IMG/VR virus record: IMGVR_UViG_2889049205_000001
Span: 1-64,000 of that record
Reading direction: 5' to 3' (one strand)
Source: a virus
Lineage: Duplodnaviria > Caudoviricetes
Length of the DNA stretch: 64,000 nt
In this document: positions 9,598 to 19,200 of the stretch, piece by piece
Position numbering within the stretch: the first letter of the stretch is position 1
Layout of the letters: each line of letters opens with the position of its first letter
Position numbers and translations under genes: made by a program
The notes under the pieces: generated by a model
Told to the model about the DNA's origin: nothing
What the model saw: the letters and a program-made list of their open reading frames with translations, nothing else
The model's database searches: none

Positions 9598-10653
9598 TCA
9601 TTTCGTTATGAGTCCCTGATCGCCATCAAACGGCAACCATGATTTGCTGAGCTCGTCCCATTTTTCAGCGATGAAGTGCGATAGATGTGGGTGATCATTG
9701 TACGACCACGTTGCATGCACAATGCCATCGACTGCACTGATGTTGAGTCCCTTCGGCGTAATGCCTTCTTGGACGATCTCCTTCTGGTTCCGCATTATGG
9801 AGAAGTCGGCCGTCCAGTCCGTTCCCTTCATGGCCGTAATATCGGTTACGATATCCATCAAGAGCTTCTCGAATTTAAGCAGGCTCTCCATGATCGGGCT
9901 CGATTTGGAGATGACGGTTTCAAGCAGCAGCATTAGGAAGTCTTCCGGCACATCCTTAAATGACAGGCGCACCGGATAGTAAAGGCGAACCGAAACCATC
10001 GGGGCATCGCTCAGAAGAACATTACCGTCCGCATCGATCGTGCCCTCTATCATCTTGCCGCTGTCATTAAGGATGCCTTGATTTCCTGTTACATCAAGGA
10101 CCGTAACTCGGCCGGAAACGAACTCCACGTTTTCCTCTTTCGGAATGGTAAGTCGATCCGACACCAAGCGATCCGACACTTCAAAGCGATATGGCATCAC
10201 GACATCCCGGTTGCTAAAGTCGGCTCCAGCTTGTCCAAGCTCTTGGATTTTCCGCAACCGATAATCCAGCTTGACGCCATCTGCAAGCGTGCTGTCCACC
10301 GAGGAGATGGCGTTATTAATTTCCATGCTCAGGTAATCAGGGACACTTGCCCCGCCCGTGGCATTTTCTGCGATCTGAATAACCTGCTTTTTGAGATCGT
10401 CCAGCAATTTACGCAGACGTTGACCCTTCGCTGCAACGACGCCATAGGTTGCCGTGTTCAGCTCAGCAAGCGCATCTTCGGCTTTTACGATTGCAGAAGT
10501 CGCTTGCACCCGTATGCTGCTGACCTGCGGAATAGCAGCCAGGATCGTTGCCTTGTTTTGTAGCCACGATTCCATACCGTCCTCTACCTCATTGAGCTTA
10601 GACTCAAGTCCGTTGACGAAAGGCACTATATCTCGTGTATCTTTAATCGGCAT
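9598..10653 (-). CDS. Hypothetical protein, probably structural, with coiled-coil N-terminus (~351 aa)
   Basis: ORF track 9598-10719; start moved to the ATG at 10653 that follows SD AAAGGAG. Confidence 0.75.
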   Translation of the reverse strand: MPIKDTRDIVPFVNGLESKLNEVEDGMESWLQNKATILAAIPQVSSIRVQATSAIVKAEDALAELNTATYGVVAAKGQRLRKLLDDLKKQVIQIAENATGGASVPDYLSMEINNAISSVDSTLADGVKLDYRLRKIQELGQAGADFSNRDVVMPYRFEVSDRLVSDRLTIPKEENVEFVSGRVTVLDVTGNQGILNDSGKMIEGTIDADGNVLLSDAPMVSVRLYYPVRLSFKDVPEDFLMLLLETVISKSSPIMESLLKFEKLLMDIVTDITAMKGTDWTADFSIMRNQKEIVQEGITPKGLNISAVDGIVHATWSYNDHPHLSHFIAEKWDELSKSWLPFDGDQGLITK

Positions 10654-10717
10654 CTCGTTCACTCCTTTAACAAGATAATGGGCCGCCCCAATGGGCGGCA
10701 CCTCGTCAGCCATTACC

Positions 10718-10750
10718 ATTATAATATCATGTAATGCGTTACACGGAAAC
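10718..10750 (-). promoter_or_regulatory. Putative internal promoter (TG-n-TATTAT / TATAAT) overlapped by the palindrome TGTAATGCGTTACA
   Basis: Minus strand reads TTTCCG-TGTAACGCATTACATGA-TATTATAAT. Confidence 0.5.
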
Positions 10751-13700
10751 TATATTTCTGTCACTTCAAGACTGTCGTCTTCATCATGATACTCGATGAT
10801 CGGCAAGAGCCCGTATGCCTTGTGCTTGGCAATCGATGCTTGGATCTGCGATTCAGTGAATGTCTCCAGCAGCTTGCGTGGCAAATGAATGATCATGACG
10901 CCATTCTCTTGGTATGCCTCGCCGTCGAAATAACCAATATCCCAGTGGTGTAAGCTCTCCTTGTTCACTCGGGCGATGATTTCCCGACTGAGCTGCTCGT
11001 CGAGCCCCCCACCTCGGGAGCGGGTGTCCAGAATTACCATGTCCTTGTAAATGTCCGAGTTGGCCTGAACAAAGACTCGGCCAAGCCGAAGCATTGTCGA
11101 ATCGAACATGCCGTCTTTCGGATTAAACCAGTAGTCCTCGTCCGTATGGTAGATTGATGCTGTTTTGAGCGTGCCGGCAATCAGATCTGTGCTTGTTTCC
11201 GTTGCGAGCCAGATGCCTGTTGGTTTCAGGTACACGTTGATCTGGCGGACCAGCAGCTCGCTGCCTGGCGCCTCTATGATCGCATATTCTTCTACCTTTT
11301 CATTCACCGGCACCCAGCGGTGGAAGCTGTTCTTTCCGAGCGTGAAGCTGTGCCCTGGCGTCGGATTAAAATCCATGTGGAAGAAACGAAGCAGCTTGTT
11401 CTGATCCTTCATGACCACCGGTACGGTGACAGTCACGTAAATATCAATTACGTCGTTAAAGGAGGCTTCCCTTTGCCCGATCGCTTTCCCGTCGGATTGA
11501 TACAGGAACTCGGACTTTACAATCACAAGCGTTGCTCCTTCAATAGCCGCCATCGGCGTCAACGTAAGCTTTGTTGCCGCCTTATACTTATCGATGAACT
11601 GCTTCATCTCGTTTCCAAAATCCGTATACAGTGCAATGCTCGCCACCTTGATCCGCTGATCAAATGCCGTCTCTTTGGACGGAATCGTCGTCGTGAACTT
11701 ATTCGAGACGTAGGCATCCTTCGTTTCTTTCGTATCGTTGTACACCGGCGAAGACGTCCAGCTGAGGATGTTCTCGATCATCCGTCGGTTTCCAGGATTC
11801 TGGAAACCACGCTCATCATCCATGGCGTTGCAGTCCGTCATAAACACGATCCGCTGCTTGTCGTTTTCATAAGCAGCCACAACCGGAAGTCCATTCGAGT
11901 AAGCAACGGGCTGAATACGACTGCCGCTAATTCTGTAGTAGGAGGCTGCCTGCATTGTAAAGCTCGTACATCCTTGAGCAAGCGGGTGGCTCGTGTTAAA
12001 CGTGCCGCTTGTGGTTACGATAGCGTCCGGAACGAGTGTCAGATCCGGAAAGTCCTGAGAAACGATGCTTAGAAAGTTTGCGTTCCAGTCCGTTAATCCG
12101 GAGTGCTCGGCGGTGATGATAGCAGATCCTCCCGCTGCGATAAAACTCCGGATTCCTGCCACGCATTCAGCAGGCACAGGATTCATCATATAAGCCACAA
12201 TGATCAGATCGTAATCTTTGTAGTTCGCCACCTTGCTTATTGTCCATTTGTCCTGGTCAACCGCCAGTCCTTTGGATAGCAGCAAATGGTACATCTGAGA
12301 GAAGATGCCTGTGATGGTATACTCGCTTTCGTTATCAGTCAAGATCAAGGCTTTCGTAAAAGTTCCTGACCCGCCGCCGGTCTGTTCCGTAATGATGCCC
12401 TCGGCATGCAGATCGGCATGGTACCGGACTTCCAAGTCAACTGGACTTCCGACATCAATGACTTCAGTATTGTCACTGCTGTAGAATCCACGGTACGTGT
12501 ACCAGTCTTCACGATACGCATAGCGTACGGTGATCTCGTCTTGGTCCCGGATCCGATCGTGCAGATAAATAATGCCTTTCTCTGCATCCACATCCGAGAC
12601 ACGGAGGCGGCGGTTGTTGTTAATCCGACTCGCATTGACTTCCAGATAGCTGACTCCTTCCTCTGAAGCAAGTACGATTGGCCGGAACTGAACCTGAATC
12701 ATCTGCTCGTTGAGGACGACTGGATACTCTTTCTCCACTACGATTGTTGGGAGATTCGTGAACTCCTGATTTTCGTACTCTGGAATGGAATAGTCAAGCA
12801 CGACCTCTACGGAATCTCCGGCACTCTGAGGCCGATAGGCGACCAACTCCGGGTTGGAGAGGTATAATTGCGGCACACGCTCTTCTGGCTCGTAATACGG
12901 CAGCCGGATGCGCCGCTTGAATCGGCCGTTTTTTACCCGCAGGTACCAGTTCTCCCGCTCCGAGGATCTCTTTTCTACCCGTGGCTTCTCGATATCAATT
13001 TTATGCCGCTCGTCAATTTTGATGGCAAGCACCGGCACAGCCGAGAGAACTTCGAAGTTCGTCCAGGCGACCAGGTTCACCTTCAGTGCATCCAGAAATT
13101 CATCCGTTCCTTTTTTCAGGACATTGCGGAGGCGGATCCGGTTTACCCCGTGCTTGATCTGGTCAACTTCAAATCGTTTGTTCCCATTCAGGTTGTACAG
13201 GAATCGGTAGTTGACCCGGTACTCGGCGTTCAATCCACTCTCGTTCTCCCCACGCTCAATGCGGAGCAGAACTTCATGCAGCGGCGTGTCGCCGAGGTTT
13301 AGTTTCGTCAGCAGCCCACCATCGCCCAAGAGAGTGCCTAGTGTTTTGACTCCCTCGTGCTTGTAGATTTCATCCTCATCGATTGTGTATGGCGAACCGA
13401 GCGGATAGATCGGCGGCACCGGTGCGCTGGCCATCGGCTTATTGCCGGAACCGAGCGATACGGTTACGCTGCTGTCTCCCCCGGTTTTGCGGATGCTCCA
13501 GGCAAAGTTCTTCACTTTCTCTGGAATCTCGGCATCAATCTCGGCCGGCTTGAACTCGTACCCCATTGTGCCATCGGGAGATAAGAATGCAATACCTGTT
13601 CCATTGATGTCCATGCCGTTATCGCTCGTGCGCCAAGGAGTGATCTTGGTGCCGCCAGCCTGCGGGTCATTCGTGTAGCCATACACATAACCGTCACTCT

Positions 13701-14244
13701 TGATACGGCCTTGTACCGGTCCGGTGGAAACGAACTGGATTGGATCAACGGGCTGGAAGATCGGCTTGCCTGCAGTCAGCGCATCAAGTTTCGGCTTGAG
13801 AATGTCCTCTGCTTTTGTATCGTTCAACTTCATCTCCGAATTGGATGTGAACTCGACCGGATACATCTCACTCGCTGCTTCCTTCCCCTCAAGCTCAGTG
13901 AAGGTCAACTTCGACCAATAGCACTCTTGCTGGGAGATGTTAAATATTCCATAGGATCCATCGGTATGTTTCGGCAAGTTCTTTGTTCCGTTGTCAGGGA
14001 TATCGTGGCTCCCGGTGTCCTCTCCGATACAAACAAGCTCACCCAACTCCGTGCTGCCAGGCTGACCAATGTAAATCCGGAACTCATCTTCCTGTACGAC
14101 GACGGTGATCTTATATTTGCTGCTAGTCGCCCAGCCAGACGGGTTATACGTTTTGTTGTAGGCTGTGACATCGATGTAAGATACGCCGGTCTTATCAGAC
14201 TGAAATCTAGTGTGTGGCTCGTCTGCACTATTGTACGAAGGCAA
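10750..14244 (-). CDS. C-terminal part of a ~1800-aa virion/fibre protein; contains a class I glutamine amidotransferase-like (DUF4350-type) alpha/beta domain
   Basis: 1164-aa ORF whose frame stays open upstream to ~14406. Motifs DYDLIIV...IRSFIAAGGSAIITAEH...RIVFMTD...NRRMIENILSW. Confidence 0.72.
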   Translation of the reverse strand: MPSYNSADEPHTRFQSDKTGVSYIDVTAYNKTYNPSGWATSSKYKITVVVQEDEFRIYIGQPGSTELGELVCIGEDTGSHDIPDNGTKNLPKHTDGSYGIFNISQQECYWSKLTFTELEGKEAASEMYPVEFTSNSEMKLNDTKAEDILKPKLDALTAGKPIFQPVDPIQFVSTGPVQGRIKSDGYVYGYTNDPQAGGTKITPWRTSDNGMDINGTGIAFLSPDGTMGYEFKPAEIDAEIPEKVKNFAWSIRKTGGDSSVTVSLGSGNKPMASAPVPPIYPLGSPYTIDEDEIYKHEGVKTLGTLLGDGGLLTKLNLGDTPLHEVLLRIERGENESGLNAEYRVNYRFLYNLNGNKRFEVDQIKHGVNRIRLRNVLKKGTDEFLDALKVNLVAWTNFEVLSAVPVLAIKIDERHKIDIEKPRVEKRSSERENWYLRVKNGRFKRRIRLPYYEPEERVPQLYLSNPELVAYRPQSAGDSVEVVLDYSIPEYENQEFTNLPTIVVEKEYPVVLNEQMIQVQFRPIVLASEEGVSYLEVNASRINNNRRLRVSDVDAEKGIIYLHDRIRDQDEITVRYAYREDWYTYRGFYSSDNTEVIDVGSPVDLEVRYHADLHAEGIITEQTGGGSGTFTKALILTDNESEYTITGIFSQMYHLLLSKGLAVDQDKWTISKVANYKDYDLIIVAYMMNPVPAECVAGIRSFIAAGGSAIITAEHSGLTDWNANFLSIVSQDFPDLTLVPDAIVTTSGTFNTSHPLAQGCTSFTMQAASYYRISGSRIQPVAYSNGLPVVAAYENDKQRIVFMTDCNAMDDERGFQNPGNRRMIENILSWTSSPVYNDTKETKDAYVSNKFTTTIPSKETAFDQRIKVASIALYTDFGNEMKQFIDKYKAATKLTLTPMAAIEGATLVIVKSEFLYQSDGKAIGQREASFNDVIDIYVTVTVPVVMKDQNKLLRFFHMDFNPTPGHSFTLGKNSFHRWVPVNEKVEEYAIIEAPGSELLVRQINVYLKPTGIWLATETSTDLIAGTLKTASIYHTDEDYWFNPKDGMFDSTMLRLGRVFVQANSDIYKDMVILDTRSRGGGLDEQLSREIIARVNKESLHHWDIGYFDGEAYQENGVMIIHLPRKLLETFTESQIQASIAKHKAYGLLPIIEYHDEDDSLEVTEI

Positions 14245-15617
14245 GATGTTTGGAACGGCTTTGAATACTTTCTTCTTCTTGTTCGTAAAGCTTTGATTGT
14301 ATTGAAGGTAGCTGCTCCAGTTTGGCTCATACGCATAGCCTGGAATCGATGACGTGTTGACGACAGCTGATGCCCACGATGACTCATCAGAATCCGTCCT
14401 GCCCCGTTATTGTCAGCGGCAACCGAGTTGTTCAACTGGTTGCGCTCCCAAGCGAACACGTAGTAGTTCTTCGAGTCTCGCACACGGAACATGATGCCGA
14501 TAACGTCATCATCGTAGCCACGATCTTCGACATGAACCTCGGCCGAGAACATATAGTCTTTCTTGCCGGTCGCCGCCGGATTGTAGAATCCACCTAAATC
14601 GATCTCATTTCGAGTCAAATAGATTTCCTCAACGCCGCTGTTGCGCACCACTTTCCAGTCAGACCGGTTGGTCACTTGTCCGATATTGTTCCAGCTGCTC
14701 AGAGTCGTACCAGTTTCCGTCGTAGCTTGATGGATAATATAGATCTGCTGCTTGATCCCCCATGTCGCCTGCAGGGTTGTGCTCTCGATGATCTGGCCCT
14801 CGCCGCTCGCCGTCCAGGTGAAGGGCAGCTCTTGTTTTTGCTGCTCTGGAATAATTGTGCAACGATGTTTTATTGCATCGTTCTTGATCCGGACGTTGCT
14901 CTCCTCGGCCCCCTCCCAATTTCCGGTGGCCACATTGGACTTAGCCTTGGCCGGCTCTCCGCCGCTCTGCAGCACGGCGCTGGTGACGCTTGAATTATCT
15001 GCTGCCTGCTCAGTCGTGTAGAGCAGATTTCCATTGGCATCTTCTACCGTGTAGATCGTCTCTGCCGGCAGCGATGGCATGTCGATTGGAATCATCATGC
15101 CCATGGTGCTGCGAGCATCCATGACGGCTGATCCAGACTTTAACCCGAGCATCTTCCACTCGTTTGCGTAATCCAACATCTCATGCTCAAGGAGTGCTTC
15201 TTTGGGCAGAACGGAATCCGTAATGTAGCCTGTCGTGATGACCCGCTCCTTGCCGTTCTCGTCCTTGTATTTAGCATTAACCCTGTAGCTGAACATGGGT
15301 GCTTCTCGTGGATCACTCTTGGATTTTTGCGGAACATAAATGCGGTACCCATCCACATCCGGCCGCTCCTCGAACGCATAGATTTCTTTGAGCTCTCCAG
15401 CCGACTCCACCTGCGCTAGTGTCGCTTCAGTAAAGGCGCTAACCCCGTTGATGATCCGAAGCTTCCCGCCTTCAATTGCATTCCCGTTGACTTGATTCGA
15501 GTACAGCTCAATGGTTTTCTTAACCGCCCGTGCGTTGGCGTCGATCGCAGGTGTATCCACATGGTTGTACCTTACTTTGAAGGTCTTCTCCTCATCGGTA
15601 TTGAATTGCAGATACAA
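13905..15617 (-). CDS. Middle fragment of the same ~1800-aa protein; begins a thrombospondin-C-like lectin domain
   Basis: YDDDVIGIMFRVRDSKNYYVFAWER motif. The translation looks non-native after ~14400, where the next frame takes over. Confidence 0.68.
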   Translation of the reverse strand: MYLQFNTDEEKTFKVRYNHVDTPAIDANARAVKKTIELYSNQVNGNAIEGGKLRIINGVSAFTEATLAQVESAGELKEIYAFEERPDVDGYRIYVPQKSKSDPREAPMFSYRVNAKYKDENGKERVITTGYITDSVLPKEALLEHEMLDYANEWKMLGLKSGSAVMDARSTMGMMIPIDMPSLPAETIYTVEDANGNLLYTTEQAADNSSVTSAVLQSGGEPAKAKSNVATGNWEGAEESNVRIKNDAIKHRCTIIPEQQKQELPFTWTASGEGQIIESTTLQATWGIKQQIYIIHQATTETGTTLSSWNNIGQVTNRSDWKVVRNSGVEEIYLTRNEIDLGGFYNPAATGKKDYMFSAEVHVEDRGYDDDVIGIMFRVRDSKNYYVFAWERNQLNNSVAADNNGAGRILMSHRGHQLSSTRHRFQAMRMSQTGAATFNTIKALRTRRRKYSKPFQTSCLRTIVQTSHTLDFSLIRPAYLTSMSQPTTKRITRLAGRLAANIRSPSSYRKMSSGFTLVSLAARSWVSLFVSERTPGATISLTTEQRTCRNIPMDPMEYLTSPSKSAIGRS

Positions 15618-16159
15618 CCAGGCCGGTATACATTGGACTTGGTTTCCGGTGGCACCGCAGCCTGAGCCTGCACGAAGATGATGTATTTGAACGTCGAATC
15701 CAGTAGATTACCGTTCTCGTCGGTGATCTGAATTTGGTTTCCTGTATAGCGGATCACCTTCTCCGGCTCGCCCGGTTCGCTGTCGTAATGATAGAAAATC
15801 TCGAAACGATAATACAGCGCAGCGGCGACCGTGTGCTCGTTTCGGATGAAACGTTTGGTAATGTTCACTTCCTTGGATGGGAACATGTCATACGGCGCCC
15901 GCAGCACGATCGGCTGGTCTTCGGAAAGAACTGTGGCATACTGCAGCTTTCCATTTTCGTCCGGCACGACCATTGATTCAATCTGGTCGATTGGGATTAG
16001 ATTGTCAGGCGTAGATGAGGTATGGATCAGGGAAATGTTCTGATCAGAATCTACTCGTGGTGTATGAACAAAAGCCAGATTCACGTCGCCTTCTGGCACT
16101 TTCTCTCCAACCCGCAAAGCATAGGTGCTGTTAGGCAGCATCTTGTTGAACTCTTTCAT
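15572..16159 (-). CDS. N-terminal fragment (MKEFNK...) of the same ~1800-aa protein
   Basis: SD before ATG at 16159. One extra base at ~15622-15626 gives a continuous VYR-AWLYLQFN junction. Confidence 0.68.
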   Translation of the reverse strand: MKEFNKMLPNSTYALRVGEKVPEGDVNLAFVHTPRVDSDQNISLIHTSSTPDNLIPIDQIESMVVPDENGKLQYATVLSEDQPIVLRAPYDMFPSKEVNITKRFIRNEHTVAAALYYRFEIFYHYDSEPGEPEKVIRYTGNQIQITDENGNLLDSTFKYIIFVQAQAAVPPETKSNVYRPGCICNSIPMRRRPSK

Positions 16160-16203
16160 GTGCTTCTCACCTTCCCCTTCAAGGAGCAAAGCGACTGGCG
16201 GGG

Positions 16204-19200
16204 TTAACCGCCAATCACCTTGATATAAATGAAGTTGCTTGCTGTTTCGCCACCTATGTCAAAATTGGCATGAACTGCAATCTGCCCCTGGATTTCATTG
16301 ATCCCGTTCAAGGCAATCTTGGCGTCTCCGCTGCTGTTTGTCAAAATGACTTCGCTTCGTGTAACGCCCTTCGTGTCCTTATAGGAGATTGTGATAGACT
16401 TGTCGCCAAGTCCGATCCAGTTTTCGTTCTTGAGCGAAACTGTAATGATCGTTTGCTCATTTTGGCCCGAGCGAATAGCTGTCTTGCTCGGATTCAGTAC
16501 GATGTGGTAGCGGTCGGCGACGGCAGGCTCATAATAATTCAGCAATCCGGTCGAGCTTTTACCCTCACAGATTGCCTCGTATTTCGAGATCCGACTGGCC
16601 GGTGCAATCGGCTGATCCAACTTATACACCTCGCCGGCCTGGTTTGTCATCCCGGTATAGATGATTTCGCCATCCCGGTAGATTTCGATCCGCTTATTCT
16701 CGATCGGATTATTGTTCAAGTCCTTGATTTGTGCGGTGATCGTCGCTTTACTTAGACCGTCTGCCGGCAGCGTCTTTGGTGACACGGTGATCAGTATGCG
16801 GTCTACAGCGTCCTCTGTCCGCTCTGTCATATACAAGAACCCCCGATGGTTATGATTCAAAAGCGGATTGAATACGATCTCCTCGGCTCGGTAGAACGGC
16901 GTATTCTTGGCGCCTTCGTAGAGGATCTCCATGTTCTTCATACTTTCAGCTACATAGTTCGAGTGGAGCGTGAGCATTGCGACATCTCCGCTCACATCAT
17001 AATTGTAATCGAGCATGTAACTGTAATTCAGTTTGTACTTAACCTCAATTATATCAGAAAATTCCAAGGCGTTCATGAACTGAATTGAAGATTTCGTAAG
17101 ATCGAATACTGGTTTTACCGTAATGCCGTTCACCTTCACCTTGAGCGTCGCAGGATCAATGTCTGAATAGGAAAGATAATACGCTGCATATCCGTTCCCA
17201 CTGAAAGACTCTGTGTTTTCGAGCGTCATGTTCCAGTTCGAATCATAGAACGTTACCTTCCGCAAGGCCCCTCCGGTATTGTCTCTCACAATGACTGGTG
17301 ATCCTTGCTGCGGCCGGGGCTGCACAAGCACTCGGTTATCGACCGGCGTCTTAATGTGCTTCACCGGCTGTGCATACAGGAAGAACTCTCTGTCCTGGAA
17401 ATAGTAGTGACCCGAATGAATCATTGGGCTCCACGGCAACGGTGTGGCCTCTTTAATGATGGCTTTAACCGTGTAGCCAAGATACGGCGTAAGATATTCG
17501 CTGCCGACTACCTGCCGTTCCTGCCCCGGAATTGTCCATTCCAGTTTTACCATGGCGGCGCCGGTATTCTCATAGTAGTTGGCATTGACCGGATATGTCT
17601 TGCCTGCCTCCATGAAAATCGAGCCACCATACTCAACGCTTGCGTTATCCGACCAGGCATCGATTACGATCTTATTGTCAATCCACAACCGGAAGCCATC
17701 GTCCACTTGTACATTGAACTGATAATAGCCATCCAGTGGCGGGCAAATGTAGCCACGCCAGTTAATGGCGAACCCGTCGTTTGGCGTGTCGTCTTCAGGC
17801 GGTGTCATCGGCGGGATGTACGGCTCCGGCTGCTGCGGCACATAAACACCGGTCGGCAGATCCGGCTCCAAATAATCTCGATCCACCTCTGTATAGTCGC
17901 CATATTGAGGCTTAGCCGGTGCGGTGTTCGGCTCTGCTGCGACATCGGATATCACGGTCAGACTTCCGTCAGATGTCTGCTTCTCCCGCTCCGTGCCAGT
18001 TACTGATCCGACATAGACCGGGTAAGAGCTGCTGTCCTGACTGATGATATATGACAGTGCCAGCTGGTCTTGCTGCAGGTCAGTGTGTTCGGCCAAGAAC
18101 CTCTGCAGATCGGACGTAAACTCCTCAGTCAGGGTCTTTGCCAGCACTTCAAGCGTTTCTACTCTCTTGTCGCTGATTGGCCGGGCAAATGAAGCCTGCA
18201 GCGAATGACGCAGTGTGGCATCGTCCAGGTATGAGTATTTGATATATCTCGTAATGTCGAAGTCCCAGAAGTACGTCTTCGGTTGAGATGCGGTCAACGG
18301 CCCCCATGCACCCATCATCAACGCTGCTGGATCTTCATCCACAAAGTCAATCTTCTGAACATCGTCAGTTGACACCGTGATACGTTTGCCCATGAGCTCC
18401 ACTTTAATCGTGTGTGTTTCACTGGCTCCGAATGTCCAAGGCTCCGGCACATAGGCCAACTGGTCTTTCGTGTAGGTGAGCGATCCCGCCGACGCTGGAT
18501 TCGTGCAGATGTTACGATACACGGCCATACCATTGATTGAGAGCCCTCTTGCATCCCATTCGAACGAGTAAAAGTTTTTCGTGGCAGGGTCAAATCGAAA
18601 GATCGCCCCATACATATCGTCGTCACCGGAGTTGCGCTCTTGAACTTTGAAGCTGAAGGTGTAATCTGAGAAGCTTACATGGTTCGGATTATACCAGCCG
18701 GAGCGGGATGACTGATTTTTCAGGTTCGTCACCTCGGTGTATCCGGCTTCCGGAGGGCCATGCCAATCACCGGCGTCGCTGGGGTTCTCATTCCAGATCA
18801 TCCACTCATTCGTGAAATTACTCAGATCAATCGGATCCGTGGAAGGATAAACGATTTCCAGATCCAGATCGTAGTTGTAATCCATTTCCGGCTCAATTGC
18901 CTCCATGATGGTGAAGCCAGATGCCTGGACATCAAACGGAGAAGATGCTCCCCAGTCGAAATTAATAGCCTGATCGATTTGAGAGAAGGCGAACTCGCCC
19001 AAATAGTTGTCCTTCGTTGGGTCAAACTCCGAAAGAACCACATAGGATTGGATATTGATCCAATCGTTCATGGCAAGAATCTCCCGCTGCACTATCAGCT
19101 GATTGCCAGTTATGCTGAATTTCGTGTCATCCAGTTCGGCGCCGTTTTTGAATACTTGGATTTCCAGTCCGACTTGATGGTTGAGCGTAAAGGTATTGCT

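Noticed and set aside
10730-10743. CcpA cre site or TnrA/GlnR box
   Set aside because: cre needs a central CG in the 14-mer (here GC) and TnrA/GlnR boxes are TGTNA-N7-TNACA. The spacing does not fit either.
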